A DNA stretch of 64,000 nucleotides from Archaeoglobus sp. (GTDB lineage Archaea > Halobacteriota > Archaeoglobi > Archaeoglobales > Archaeoglobaceae), in contig NZ_JACDNT010000002.1 in NCBI RefSeq assembly GCF_017656475.1, positions 33,160-97,159 of the forward strand. The letters run 5' to 3'. The position numbers and the translations under genes were made by a program. The notes beneath the pieces are model-generated. The model was not told the DNA's origin. It saw only the letters and a program-made list of their open reading frames with translations, and did not search any database. Below are positions 50,792 to 60,559 of the stretch, one piece after another (positions within the stretch are counted from its first letter, which is position 1; every line of letters starts with the position of its first letter).

Positions 50792-52021
50792 TCAGGCCCC
50801 AAACTTCTTCGCAATGTTGAGCAAATCGAGGGCAATGTTGAGCAAATCCACACCTCTTATTCTGCACAGCCCTCCCTTATACGCTTCAAACTCGCTGAAA
50901 GTTCTGACTTCATCCCTTCTAACGTCCTCATGCACAATAACAACCGGAACTGGATCGGCAGTATGATCCTTGACTTTGATTGGCGTTGAGTGGTCTGCGG
51001 TGAGGATAAGACAGTGTTTGCTGAAGTCCAGATCAAGCAGTGGGGCAATTTTGGCGTCAAGCTTTTCTATGAAGGCCTTTTTCCCCTCGAAGTCTCCATC
51101 GTGCCCAAGCTCATCGGTTGCTTTAATGTGGAGCAACACTATATCGTAGCTTTCCAGAGCCTTTACTGCCGTTTCGACCTTTGAATCGAGGTTCGTGTTC
51201 TTGTTTCCCGTTGCCCCCTCAGGTGTAATTACGTCAGCACCAACAATTTTTCCAACGCCCTTGATGAGAGCTGTTGCGGCAATTACGCATAGCTTTAAGC
51301 CGGTCTTTTCCTCAAATCTCGGTACGTGAGGCATCTCTCCAGCCCCTCTCAGAAGTAAAGCGTTTGCCTTCAGCAATCCCTTCTCAGCCCTCTCCTTGTT
51401 CAGCGGGTGGTTCTCAAGAACCTCATGAACCTGCTGCATGAACTCGTTGACCATCTCGGCCATTCTCTTGGCCTTCTCATCTTCTTCAAGCGGAACGCAG
51501 CGCTTTACTTTCTTCCCAACGGCCTTCGGATCGGTATCGCTCACCTTATCTGAAAGCCCCTCTCCCCTGAAGACCACCGCCGCTCTGTGGCCTGTACCTC
51601 TCTCAATAAGAAACTCAACAGGCAGCTTAACTTTCTCCTTTATCGCCTCGATTAAGGCTGAAGTGTCCTCAATCCTTCCCGCTCTCCTGTCAACGACAGT
51701 CTTGTCGAATATGCTCCCCTCTCCCTCAACTGTGGCAAAGTTGGCCCTGAAGGCCACATCTCCCGGCTTCACCTCTATCCCCACTCCGGCAGCCTCAATT
51801 GGCCCCCTGCCGCTATAGTACTTGTAAGGGTCGTAGCCGAGCAGAGCGAGATGACTGGTATCACTCCCAGGCCTTATTCCGGGAGCTATGGTGTCCATGA
51901 TTCCGTTTATTCCCCTTTCTGCAAGAAAATCAAGGTTCGGCTTTCTTGCTTCACTCAGAGGAGTTTTTCCGTTAACAGGCCTGTCAGAAAGACCGTCAAC
52001 CACTACGAGCAGTACTGCCAT
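50792..52021 (-). CDS. apgM: Cofactor-independent phosphoglycerate mutase, archaeal type
   Basis: DGLSD, PGSDTSHL, GRG.IEA.G, HIKATDELGHDG, TADHSTP. Confidence 0.93.
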   Translation of the reverse strand: MAVLLVVVDGLSDRPVNGKTPLSEARKPNLDFLAERGINGIMDTIAPGIRPGSDTSHLALLGYDPYKYYSGRGPIEAAGVGIEVKPGDVAFRANFATVEGEGSIFDKTVVDRRAGRIEDTSALIEAIKEKVKLPVEFLIERGTGHRAAVVFRGEGLSDKVSDTDPKAVGKKVKRCVPLEEDEKAKRMAEMVNEFMQQVHEVLENHPLNKERAEKGLLKANALLLRGAGEMPHVPRFEEKTGLKLCVIAATALIKGVGKIVGADVITPEGATGNKNTNLDSKVETAVKALESYDIVLLHIKATDELGHDGDFEGKKAFIEKLDAKIAPLLDLDFSKHCLILTADHSTPIKVKDHTADPVPVVIVHEDVRRDEVRTFSEFEAYKGGLCRIRGVDLLNIALDLLNIAKKFGA

Positions 52022-52032
52022 TCAATCCCTCC

Positions 52033-53493
52033 TCAGCAGCTTTTTAAGTTTGCATCCCTGATTTGAACGTATCTGCTATAAATCTCCTCGTACTCTTCTG
52101 TTCCATCCTTTGAGGGTTCCACTTCAGCAAAATCAGGAAGGAAAGTTTTAAGCGCATCACCAATACCACTGAAGTTATCGCTGCCCGAAGCTGCAAGTAT
52201 CGCCGCCCCCCTCGCAGTAGCTTCGACATCTGATGAGACCAAGCACTTTCTTTTGGTGACATCGGCAAAAATCCGGTTCCAGAGTTTGCTGTTTGCCGCA
52301 CCTCCATCAAGCCTGAGTTCATCAATCTTTATCCCCTTCTTCTCCATCACCTCTATGTTCGTTCTGACCTCAAACGCAACTGACTCCATCACAGCCCTTG
52401 CAATGTCTCCCCTGTTGTGTGCTAATGTAAGGCCAAATATTGCCCCCTTAACTTCAGAATTCCAGTGAGGACATCCAGCGCCTGAAAAGAAAGGCAGTAT
52501 AAAGATGCCTCTCGCCCCTCTACCCGACTTTTCCGCCTCCTCGTTTATAACATCGTAACCTTCGCCGTGATAGAATGCCCTTTTAACCCATGAAAGAAGG
52601 CTGCCAGTTGTGAATATGCTCACCTCCCCCACATTTACATCCGGTAAAACGTGGGCAGAGTAGATTATCTCTCCGTAATCTCTTATCCTCTCAACAGGGG
52701 CGACCATGAAAGTCCCAGTCCCGGTAGTGGACTTCACACTCCCCTCATCAACAACTCCCTGGGCAAGGGCGGAGCACTGCTGATCCCCACCACCAGCAAC
52801 AACGACAGGGTTTGAGCTGATTCCAAGCTTTTCGGCAACGTTTCCCCTAATCTCCCCCACAACATCTCCCGAATTGACGAGGTCAGGCATCAGAGATATG
52901 TCGAAGTTAAACTCCTCGGCAATCTCATCGCACCACTTTCGCGAGTACAGATCGAGCAGCATCGTTCTTGAAGCATTTGAGTAGTCCGTCACAACCTCCC
53001 CGGTGAGCTTGTAGACGATGTAGTCGTGGACGAGCATGAGTTTCCAGCTTTTTTCTATCACATCCGTGTGCCTTATCCACCAGAGGATTTTGGGCAGAGA
53101 GAAGTATGGGTCTGGCTTCAATCCTGTTACCTCTGCAACTCTCTTCTCCCCTATCCTATCCTTTATCAGGTTGACTTCCTCCCCGCACCTCCTATCCTGC
53201 CAGACTATCGCCCTGCTGACAGGCTCTCCATCTCTCCCTACAGGAACGATGGTTTCCCTCTGGTTCGCAACAGCGATGGCTGCGATGGTGTCAGTGGCTT
53301 TTGCGATCTTCACCGCCTGTCTGCAGGCATCCACGATGCTGTTCCACCAGTGCTCGGCATCCTGCTCAACCCATCCGGGCTGGGGATAGTATGTTTCAAA
53401 TTCAGAATAGCTTTTGGCAACGAGGTTTCCATTTTCGTCATAAACCCCAACCGTCACACCTGTCGTTCCAGCATCAACGCCGAGGATGTGCAC
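52033..53493 (-). CDS. FGGY-family kinase, glycerol-kinase-like
   Basis: DAGTT, NQRET, AIVWQDRR, DPYFS, TDYSNASRT, GDQQ, GTGTF; GTG start after GGAGGTGA. Confidence 0.85.
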   Translation of the reverse strand: MHILGVDAGTTGVTVGVYDENGNLVAKSYSEFETYYPQPGWVEQDAEHWWNSIVDACRQAVKIAKATDTIAAIAVANQRETIVPVGRDGEPVSRAIVWQDRRCGEEVNLIKDRIGEKRVAEVTGLKPDPYFSLPKILWWIRHTDVIEKSWKLMLVHDYIVYKLTGEVVTDYSNASRTMLLDLYSRKWCDEIAEEFNFDISLMPDLVNSGDVVGEIRGNVAEKLGISSNPVVVAGGGDQQCSALAQGVVDEGSVKSTTGTGTFMVAPVERIRDYGEIIYSAHVLPDVNVGEVSIFTTGSLLSWVKRAFYHGEGYDVINEEAEKSGRGARGIFILPFFSGAGCPHWNSEVKGAIFGLTLAHNRGDIARAVMESVAFEVRTNIEVMEKKGIKIDELRLDGGAANSKLWNRIFADVTKRKCLVSSDVEATARGAAILAASGSDNFSGIGDALKTFLPDFAEVEPSKDGTEEYEEIYSRYVQIRDANLKSC

Positions 53494-54293
53494 TAAATCA
53501 CCTCCTCTATCCACCCCAGCATGTCAGCAAGTACTCTATCCTTTTCAGGCTCATTGTGGGGCTCGTGGTAAAAGCCCTCGTAGCTGATAAACTTGCAGAG
53601 CTTTCCACCCCTCCTCGCGAATTCCCTGCTCGCTTCATAAGAGGTGATCTGGTCAGCGGTCCCGTGTATGAGCAAAATCGGCTTTTTCAGTTTTTCAGCA
53701 TTCTCCAATGCCCACTTGCCCGCCTCAAGTGACTGCAGAATAAACCTCGGAGAGATTTTGTCGTGAACGAGAGGGTCTGAAACGTATTTCCTGACAACCT
53801 CTTTGTCTCTGCTTATCAGTTCGGGATTTATTCCGTTTGAAAGCTGAATTGAGGGACCTATTGCATTCAGAATTTTCAGAACGAAGTAGAGGATTTTTGG
53901 CAACTCTTTGGGAAGGGCCAAGAAGGGAGCAGAAATTATACCTCCCGTAACATCAGCATCTCTCCTGAGAAGGAAGTTCAGAGCGAGATTCCCACCCATG
54001 CTGTGCCCGTAGAGTATTTTCGGGCAGTCGTAATCACAGCTTTGGAGAAAAAGCTCGATATCGTCCATAAGCTTCTCGTACTCAGCATGTCCCCTCTTTC
54101 CCTCCGACCTTCCGTGTCCTCTGAGGTCAAAGGCTGCAAAAGATATGCCGTTCTCGTTGAAGAATTCAGCAACGTGCTCATACCTTCCAGAGTGCTCACC
54201 AAGACCGTGCACAAGGCAGATGGCGGCTTTTGGTGATTCAACATCCCAACTTCGGGTGAAAAGCGTAAGTCCGTCTTTTGTTTTTAGAGTCAT
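53493..54293 (-). CDS. Monoacylglycerol lipase/lysophospholipase (alpha/beta hydrolase)
   Basis: HGLGEHSGRY, DLRGHG.S, GHSMGG, HGTAD, YHE. Confidence 0.9.
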   Translation of the reverse strand: MTLKTKDGLTLFTRSWDVESPKAAICLVHGLGEHSGRYEHVAEFFNENGISFAAFDLRGHGRSEGKRGHAEYEKLMDDIELFLQSCDYDCPKILYGHSMGGNLALNFLLRRDADVTGGIISAPFLALPKELPKILYFVLKILNAIGPSIQLSNGINPELISRDKEVVRKYVSDPLVHDKISPRFILQSLEAGKWALENAEKLKKPILLIHGTADQITSYEASREFARRGGKLCKFISYEGFYHEPHNEPEKDRVLADMLGWIEEVI

Positions 54294-54332
54294 GGTGATA
54301 TTTAACGTATAAAAGATTAAAGTTTTTCGCAC

Positions 54333-54632
54333 TCACACTGCAAGCCTGAGGAGATAGTAAGAGATAATGGCAGCGATGATGGATATGCCGAAGTTTTTCC
54401 AGCGGTTGAAGGTCAGGATGAGGGGAATGAGGGCTAATACCCTTAAACCCATCTCTCCCGCATTGGTAGTGAAGATGGAAGTTACAAAGAGAGCTGAGAT
54501 GGCCGAAGTGGAGGAAAGGGAAAGGAAGTTCTTCATTCTTTTAGAAGTACTGAATTTGAACTTCAAAGGTAGAAATCTGGAAAGATACGTCCCGATGGCT
54601 ACAGCAACAATTGCTACAACCTTTTCATTCAT
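54333..54632 (-). CDS. azlD: AzlD-family membrane protein
   Basis: GTYLSRFLP, small and hydrophobic, coupled to azlC. Confidence 0.75.
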   Translation of the reverse strand: MNEKVVAIVAVAIGTYLSRFLPLKFKFSTSKRMKNFLSLSSTSAISALFVTSIFTTNAGEMGLRVLALIPLILTFNRWKNFGISIIAAIISYYLLRLAV

Positions 54633-55260
54633 CCTCCCACCCCGAAAGTAGCGGACCTGTAAGAGCAGCAGCTATTATTCCAGCAGCAGTTAAATTTAGA
54701 AGGTGGAAAGCTAAGGCAACAGCTCCCCCGCTCAACGCGGCTTTTATGTGCCTGCCTTTCAGGTTCGGAAGGAGCAGGACGAGAAATAAAGCAGAGACGG
54801 AGAAAACGAGCGCGGAGTAAATGTTCTCATCCAAAATAAGTGCACCACCAACAAAAGCGCCCAGTGCTGTCCCGGCAACCCATGCTGAGTAGGAACCAAG
54901 CTCGAGCCCCAAGAGAAATCTCTCGTTTTCAGCCGAGTTTACTGAGACTGCAAAAACTTCATCGGTCAGACCAAAGGCCGAAACTTGAGGAAGCTTCAAT
55001 TTAAGCTTATGAGCGATTATTGAGCTATATATAAGGTGTCGAAGGTTGATGAAAATCGGGATAAAGATAGCACTGAATATTGTCTGGTTGTAAAGAGTGA
55101 CCAGGGCAAACTGGCTCGCTCCCGCGAATATCAGCATTGATGCCAACAGTGCTTCCACATCAGAAAAGCCGAGAGTTCTGGCCAGCACACCGAAGGTGAA
55201 GGCGACCGGGATGTAGGCCAAGATTATGGGGGAGCTGTAAATCAATCCCTTTCGGAACAT
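54625..55260 (-). CDS. azlC: AzlC-family permease
   Basis: FAGASQF, NLRH..YS, LTDEVFA. Confidence 0.88.
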   Translation of the reverse strand: MFRKGLIYSSPIILAYIPVAFTFGVLARTLGFSDVEALLASMLIFAGASQFALVTLYNQTIFSAIFIPIFINLRHLIYSSIIAHKLKLKLPQVSAFGLTDEVFAVSVNSAENERFLLGLELGSYSAWVAGTALGAFVGGALILDENIYSALVFSVSALFLVLLLPNLKGRHIKAALSGGAVALAFHLLNLTAAGIIAAALTGPLLSGWEDE

Positions 55261-55397
55261 AGTGGTTTTGGGCTGGAAAGTATAAAGCCATTTTCGGTTG
55301 GCAGATTTTAAGAATGCAAAGCTTAATGGAAACCAGACGTTCAGCAGTTTGTATGGAAAACATAAAAATTTATTAATTACATCGTTTACGGGCAATC

Positions 55398-56759
55398 GTG
55401 AAGGACGTGCTCATTGTTGGCGCTGGTGTTACTGGTAGCTTTATAGCCAAAGAGTTATCCAAATACGACCTCGATGTTGTGGTTGTCGAGAGGAAATCAG
55501 GGCCGGGTTTGGACCAGACCAAAGGCTGTTCTGGAATCATCCACCCACTCCAGCTCCCGTTTGGGTCTTTGAAGAGCAAGCTCTGCCTTAAAGGCAACGC
55601 AATGATGGACGCTGAGGCTGAGGAACTTGGTTTCACCTTTAAAAGGGTTGGGTTAATTCTGGTGGCAACGAACGTTATTACTTTCCTTGCAATTCCTATC
55701 ATTCAGCTTTATTTCAGGCTAAACGGTGTTGTTTCGAAAAGACTGAGCAAGAAGAAAGTTCTTGAAATGGTTCCGAATGTGAGAGAGGATATATGGGGTG
55801 GGCTTTTCCTTCCAACAGCTGGTGTCGTAAATCCGGTTGAGATGACGGCCTCAGCAATAAGGTTTGCAAAAGCAAATGGCGTGGAAGTTCACTACGACTG
55901 CGAGGTTACGGGAATTGAGAGAAAGGGCGAAGGATTTGTTGTCAAGACGACTAAGGGGGATTTTGAAGCCAGGTGCGTTATAAACTGTGCAGGGCTTTAC
56001 GCTGACGATATAGCGAGGATGGTTGGTTACGAAATGACCATAACTCCGGGAAAAGGTACGCACATAGTTTTCGCTGAAAGGGGATTCTCCAACCACCTGA
56101 CAGTTGCAATACCCCTCAAGCCAAACAAGAGGACGAAGGGGGGCGGGGCACTCATTGGCTTTGACGGCAAGCCGCTCTGGGGGCCCAACTTGATTGATGT
56201 TGACAGCAAGGAGGACACTTCAGTGAAAAAGGAGGAGATAGAGGGCATAATCGAGAAGTTCTCACCTTTGTTCAAGAGGAGGCCAGAGGGTGTTGTTGCG
56301 TTCTACGCGGGCTTGAGGTCTATTGCCGGCACAGATTTTGTCATCAATCAACCGGTGGATGGCTTTATCAACGTCGCAGGCATACAGAGCCCTGGTCTGA
56401 CCGCTGCTCCGGCAATTGCAAAGATGGTAATTGAGATGCTCTCCTCCAGATTTGAGATGAAGAGGAAAGAAGACATCAAGAGGCCTCGGTGGACAAGGCT
56501 TTCAGAGATGGATGACGAAAGGATTAGGAAGGCAATTGATGAGAATGAGGACTTCGGAGAGATCGTCTGCCTCTGCAACATGGTGAGCAAGGCTGAAATC
56601 ATTAAAGCACTGGAAGAAGGTGGCTGTTTTGACACCGTAAGACACCTCACGTGGGCAGGAATGGACTGCTGCAAGTGTCATGCGGAGATAATGAGGATAA
56701 TAGAGGAGAAGAGTGGGAAGGTAAAGAAGGAGATAGAGGAGAGTGAAATCGTATGGTAG
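55398..56759 (+). CDS. FAD oxidoreductase, GlpA/L2HGDH-like, with C-terminal BFD-like Cys domain
   Basis: VGAGVTG, SGIIH, INCAGLYAD, GIQSPGLTAAPA, IVCLC...CCKC. Confidence 0.85.
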   Translation: MKDVLIVGAGVTGSFIAKELSKYDLDVVVVERKSGPGLDQTKGCSGIIHPLQLPFGSLKSKLCLKGNAMMDAEAEELGFTFKRVGLILVATNVITFLAIPIIQLYFRLNGVVSKRLSKKKVLEMVPNVREDIWGGLFLPTAGVVNPVEMTASAIRFAKANGVEVHYDCEVTGIERKGEGFVVKTTKGDFEARCVINCAGLYADDIARMVGYEMTITPGKGTHIVFAERGFSNHLTVAIPLKPNKRTKGGGALIGFDGKPLWGPNLIDVDSKEDTSVKKEEIEGIIEKFSPLFKRRPEGVVAFYAGLRSIAGTDFVINQPVDGFINVAGIQSPGLTAAPAIAKMVIEMLSSRFEMKRKEDIKRPRWTRLSEMDDERIRKAIDENEDFGEIVCLCNMVSKAEIIKALEEGGCFDTVRHLTWAGMDCCKCHAEIMRIIEEKSGKVKKEIEESEIVW

Positions 56760-57454
56760 TCGTTGTCGGTGCAGGATACGCAGGAATCTCAGTGGCTGAG
56801 AAGCTAAGGGAAAAGGGTGTTGAAGCCAAAGTTTACGACATGCGAGGAAAAGGAGGAGAGCTTGCCGAATTTGCAAAAATAGATGAGTTGAAAGAATACT
56901 ACGCTAAATATATTGAAAAAGTAGATGAAAGCGAAGTGGAGGTCATTAAGGGATGTGTTGTTTCAACAAACCCGTTCAAGGTAATATCTCCGCAGGGATT
57001 GGAGGTTAAAAAGGAGGATGGTTTCTTTATTTGCACAGGTGCTGTCGATTTAACTCCTGCCGCTTCAGAGATTTACGGAAAAAGAGTTGCGGGGATATAC
57101 ACTCTTGAAACTGCCATAAGGCTGCTTGCAATGGGAAAAAGAATCGGCAACAAGGTTTTAGTTGTTGCGAGAAAGGAAGAGGACATTTTAAAGCCGCTTG
57201 AGAGGTATCTTGTCGAGAAAGATTTTGAAGTGGAAGTTCTGTTGTCAAAAGAGCCGGCAGAGGTTTACGGTAGCAGAAGGGTTGAGAGAGTTGAGATTGG
57301 TGGGGAGAGCGTTTCCTGTGACGCTCTCGTAGTTTACGGAGGAAGGATACCCTTCAACCCCAAAAACCTGAAGGGCAAGCTGGCTGGAAATGTTGTTGAG
57401 TGTACCTACGATTACGAAAAAGTGGAGAAAAACGTTCAGAGTATTATGTTCTGA
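56753..57454 (+). CDS. Short FAD/NAD(P)-binding oxidoreductase, partner of the GlpA-like protein
   Basis: VVGAGYAG, CTGA, GKRVAGIYT, CDALV. Confidence 0.75.
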   Translation: MVVVVGAGYAGISVAEKLREKGVEAKVYDMRGKGGELAEFAKIDELKEYYAKYIEKVDESEVEVIKGCVVSTNPFKVISPQGLEVKKEDGFFICTGAVDLTPAASEIYGKRVAGIYTLETAIRLLAMGKRIGNKVLVVARKEEDILKPLERYLVEKDFEVEVLLSKEPAEVYGSRRVERVEIGGESVSCDALVVYGGRIPFNPKNLKGKLAGNVVECTYDYEKVEKNVQSIMF

Positions 57455-58446
57455 GCATAACCGCAGTTGGGGCACTTTGGTGGTTCATCTTTAACGAGAT
57501 TGATGTTGTAAACGTAGAATCCCTCCCTTTCAATCAGCAGCTCTCCGCAGTTGGGGCAGTAGGTGTTCTCGTATCTGTGCCCCCACACGTTTCCGGCATA
57601 TACGTACTCTATCCCCTCCTTCTTGGCAATCTCAATAGCCTCTTCTATTGTCTCCACAGGTGTTGGTGGTTTGTCGAGCATCTTGTAGTCCGGATGGAAG
57701 CGGGAGAAGTGGACTGGAATTTTTGGCGAAAGCTCTGCAACCCACCTGCAAAACTCTCTTATTTCTCCCCTGTCGTCATTCTCTCCCGGAATGATGAGAT
57801 AAGTAAGCTCGATGAAAACACCCTTTCGGTAAAGGTACTCTACGGTTTCAAGCACGTGTTCGAGCTTTGCGTGGCAAATTCTCCTGTAAAAATCCTCCCT
57901 GAATGCCTTAACGTCAACATTCGCAGCATCAAGTATTCCCTCAAACTGGTCAACGGCTTCCGGAGTCATGTAGCCGTTGGTGACGTAGACAACATAGTAT
58001 CCAGACTCCTTTACAAGTTTTGAGCTGTCAAGGGCAAATTCATGCCAGATGGCTGGCTCGTTGTACGTCCAGGCAACACCATCAGCTTTTCTTTCTATAC
58101 ACATCCTTAAAACCGTGTCAGGCTCAATCTCTCTCAAGTACGGGTAGTTGAGGTCGGCAAAGGCTATCTCAAAATTCTGACAGTGCTTGCAGCGGAAGTT
58201 ACAGCTCACACTGCCGAAAGATAGAACCTTGCTTCCGGGCTTGAAGTTGTTCAGCGGCTTCTTCTCGATGGGGTCGAGGGCAATGGATGAAGCCATTCCG
58301 TAGTTCAGCACGAGGAGCTCTCCACCCTCGTTCTTCCTGACTCTGCAAATTCCAGTCTTGCCTTCTTTTATTACGCAGCGATGCCAGCAAGTCTTGCACC
58401 TAACCTCTCCGTTAAGTTTCTCGTATAAGTAAGACCTCACTATCAT
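57436..58446 (-). CDS. AmmeMemoRadiSam-type radical SAM enzyme
   Basis: C..C.H.C......G.C.VR.N, DPIEKKPL, CNFRCKHCQN, TYNEP, HFSRFHP, YAGN, TYCPNCG. Confidence 0.9.
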   Translation of the reverse strand: MIVRSYLYEKLNGEVRCKTCWHRCVIKEGKTGICRVRKNEGGELLVLNYGMASSIALDPIEKKPLNNFKPGSKVLSFGSVSCNFRCKHCQNFEIAFADLNYPYLREIEPDTVLRMCIERKADGVAWTYNEPAIWHEFALDSSKLVKESGYYVVYVTNGYMTPEAVDQFEGILDAANVDVKAFREDFYRRICHAKLEHVLETVEYLYRKGVFIELTYLIIPGENDDRGEIREFCRWVAELSPKIPVHFSRFHPDYKMLDKPPTPVETIEEAIEIAKKEGIEYVYAGNVWGHRYENTYCPNCGELLIEREGFYVYNINLVKDEPPKCPNCGYAQNIIL

Positions 58447-59435
58447 AGCTCGTTCCAGATCTCCTTAATTTCACTGGCATACTCTTCTGGAACGAAAAAC
58501 ACAACACTCTCGTCGTGGAACATTTTCGGATAGAACACGTCGCACCAGTAGTATTTTGCGAACGGTGTCCTCGCAACGATGTTGATGTTCGTCCTGAAAT
58601 GCTCTCCGATTCTGTCAGCGCAGAACATTGAGAAGTTGAACGCGTTCAGACCCTTCTTACCGTAGTACTTCAGAATCTTTACAATTCCTTCAGCAATTCC
58701 ATTAAACTGTTCATCACTCATCTCCGCAAACTCTCTCTCCTCAGGTATGCCCGTAAAGTGGAAAAATCCTTTCGGAGCGAAGGCTGCGATCCAGTCAGTC
58801 TTCTCTGTTCTGCCAACATACCTCTCTCCTTCCTTTTCGACCTCTGCAAGTTTCTTCCAGTAGTCAACACCCTTGCTCTCCTTGAACTCAAGTGCGCTCC
58901 ACTCAAGTCTTGCGAAGTAGTCTGTCGACACCTCACTTATCATTACCTGAATGTGGGGATGCATGATGCTGCTTCCCGAAGGTTTGAGGTAGTTCATCCC
59001 GATTGTTATGTAGTACTTCCCATCCGGGACCTTCTTCACATACTCCTGAATCAGCTTAAAGGCATCATAGAAGTGCTGCTGCCTGAATTCGGATACTGGA
59101 ACGTAGTGCTCCTCCGTCAGCCTTAAAACGAGGGAGTATCTGGAGTAAGGCGTGAGGTTGGAGAAAAGCACACCTTCTCCCCTTTTCCACAGCTCCCCCT
59201 TCATTATCTCAGGATCACGTGATGCCATCTGCTCAATCCTTTCCGGGCAAAAAGGACACCAGGACTTCGTGCTCTCAATCTCCTCCTGAAAGTCCCCGCT
59301 TTGCATCGGAATTGTCTTTTTCAGAATTCTTGATGTCTGCAGCGTCAAAGGGTCGTAGCGTATCTCAACAACGTTCTCCTCGACTTTACCACCAACAAGA
59401 ATCTTCGCAACTTCAACCTCTTTACGAAATTCCAT
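58443..59435 (-). CDS. GalT-like (HIT-superfamily) nucleotidyltransferase
   Basis: EIRYDPLT, CPFC, GSSIMHPHIQ. Confidence 0.82.
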   Translation of the reverse strand: MEFRKEVEVAKILVGGKVEENVVEIRYDPLTLQTSRILKKTIPMQSGDFQEEIESTKSWCPFCPERIEQMASRDPEIMKGELWKRGEGVLFSNLTPYSRYSLVLRLTEEHYVPVSEFRQQHFYDAFKLIQEYVKKVPDGKYYITIGMNYLKPSGSSIMHPHIQVMISEVSTDYFARLEWSALEFKESKGVDYWKKLAEVEKEGERYVGRTEKTDWIAAFAPKGFFHFTGIPEEREFAEMSDEQFNGIAEGIVKILKYYGKKGLNAFNFSMFCADRIGEHFRTNINIVARTPFAKYYWCDVFYPKMFHDESVVFFVPEEYASEIKEIWNEL

Positions 59436-59502
59436 GTATTTTCTTGGTTACCGAAGATTTAAAGATTATGAACAACCTTAAAGTTTCCAAGGTGTAGGTG
59501 GT

Positions 59503-60054
59503 GTGATGAACCTGGATGAACTCCTGCTCCTCATTGAAAAAAACAGAACTCAGCTATCGAAAATTGAGGAAGACTTTTACGAGAAGTTGAGGGAAAGAAT
59601 AGCGGAGCTTGAAGAGCTAAAAAGTTCTGCCGAAGAAAGTGACTTTTTCAGGTATGAAGACGAGATAAGAACGCTGAAAAGGATGCAGAGGAAAATTTTT
59701 GAGCTGAGAACCGGCAAGATCATCAGCGCTGCTTGGGCTGAGGTTTGCGGGCAGCAGTTCAACAGTGATGTTGAGAACATGTGCACTGATGAAAGACTAT
59801 TCTTCAAGAAGCTGATTGAGATAATAAAGGAGTTCAAACGGAGCATTCTGGAAGGAGAGCGGAAGAAAGTTGAGGATAGAGTGCTTTTAAGGATTAAAAA
59901 GGATGTCGAGATACAGGGGGCTGACGGAAAAACATATAAATTGAGGAGGGAAGATGTGGTTACACTCCCTCAGTTGAACGCTGACGCTCTGATCAAAGGC
60001 GGTATCGCTGAGAGAATAGAGGTGAAAGAAGATGAAATATCCCAAGAAGGTTAA
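59503..60054 (+). CDS. GINS complex subunit (Gins51-like)
   Basis: LSKIEEDFY helical A domain, B domain GADGKTY.L...DVVTLP..NA..LI..G; upstream of L44e. Confidence 0.82.
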   Translation: MMNLDELLLLIEKNRTQLSKIEEDFYEKLRERIAELEELKSSAEESDFFRYEDEIRTLKRMQRKIFELRTGKIISAAWAEVCGQQFNSDVENMCTDERLFFKKLIEIIKEFKRSILEGERKKVEDRVLLRIKKDVEIQGADGKTYKLRREDVVTLPQLNADALIKGGIAERIEVKEDEISQEG

Positions 60055-60313
60055 GACGTTCTGCCGGTATTGCGGGAAGCACACTCTTCATGAAGTGGAG
60101 AGAGTTAGCAAGGGAAAGGCAAGTTCACTTAACTGGATCAACAGGCAGAAGAAGAGAAGGGGAAAAGTTGGAAACTTGGGCAAGTTCAGCAAGGTTCCTG
60201 GTGGAGATAAGCCAACGAAGAGAGTCAACATCAGATTCCGCTGCACGGAGTGCAAGAAGGCTCACCACCGCCCGACATGGAGAGCCAAGAGGTTCGAGTT
60301 GATAGAGAAGTGA
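60032..60313 (+). CDS. rpl44e: 50S ribosomal protein L44e (eL42)
   Basis: [17 protein letters not shown]...RCTECKK. Confidence 0.95.
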   Translation: MKYPKKVKTFCRYCGKHTLHEVERVSKGKASSLNWINRQKKRRGKVGNLGKFSKVPGGDKPTKRVNIRFRCTECKKAHHRPTWRAKRFELIEK

Positions 60314-60325
60314 GGAGGTGGGAGT

Positions 60326-60502
60326 GTGCACAGCAGGTTTGTCAAGGTCAAATGCCCCGACTGCGAGCACGAGCAGATAATTTTTGACCACCCCTCAACA
60401 GTTGTGAAGTGCATAATCTGCGGTAGAACTATTGCAGAGCCAACTGGTGGAAAGGGCAACATAAAGGCAGAGGTTTTAGAGGTTGTTGACCAGACTGAAT
60501 AA
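60326..60502 (+). CDS. rps27e: 30S ribosomal protein S27e
   Basis: Manual translation [53 protein letters not shown]. Confidence 0.95.
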   Translation: MHSRFVKVKCPDCEHEQIIFDHPSTVVKCIICGRTIAEPTGGKGNIKAEVLEVVDQTE

Positions 60503-60559
60503 ATTTATTTCATTTTGTAAGCTGTTTTAAACTCAAATAACTCCACGACGTTTTAGCAC

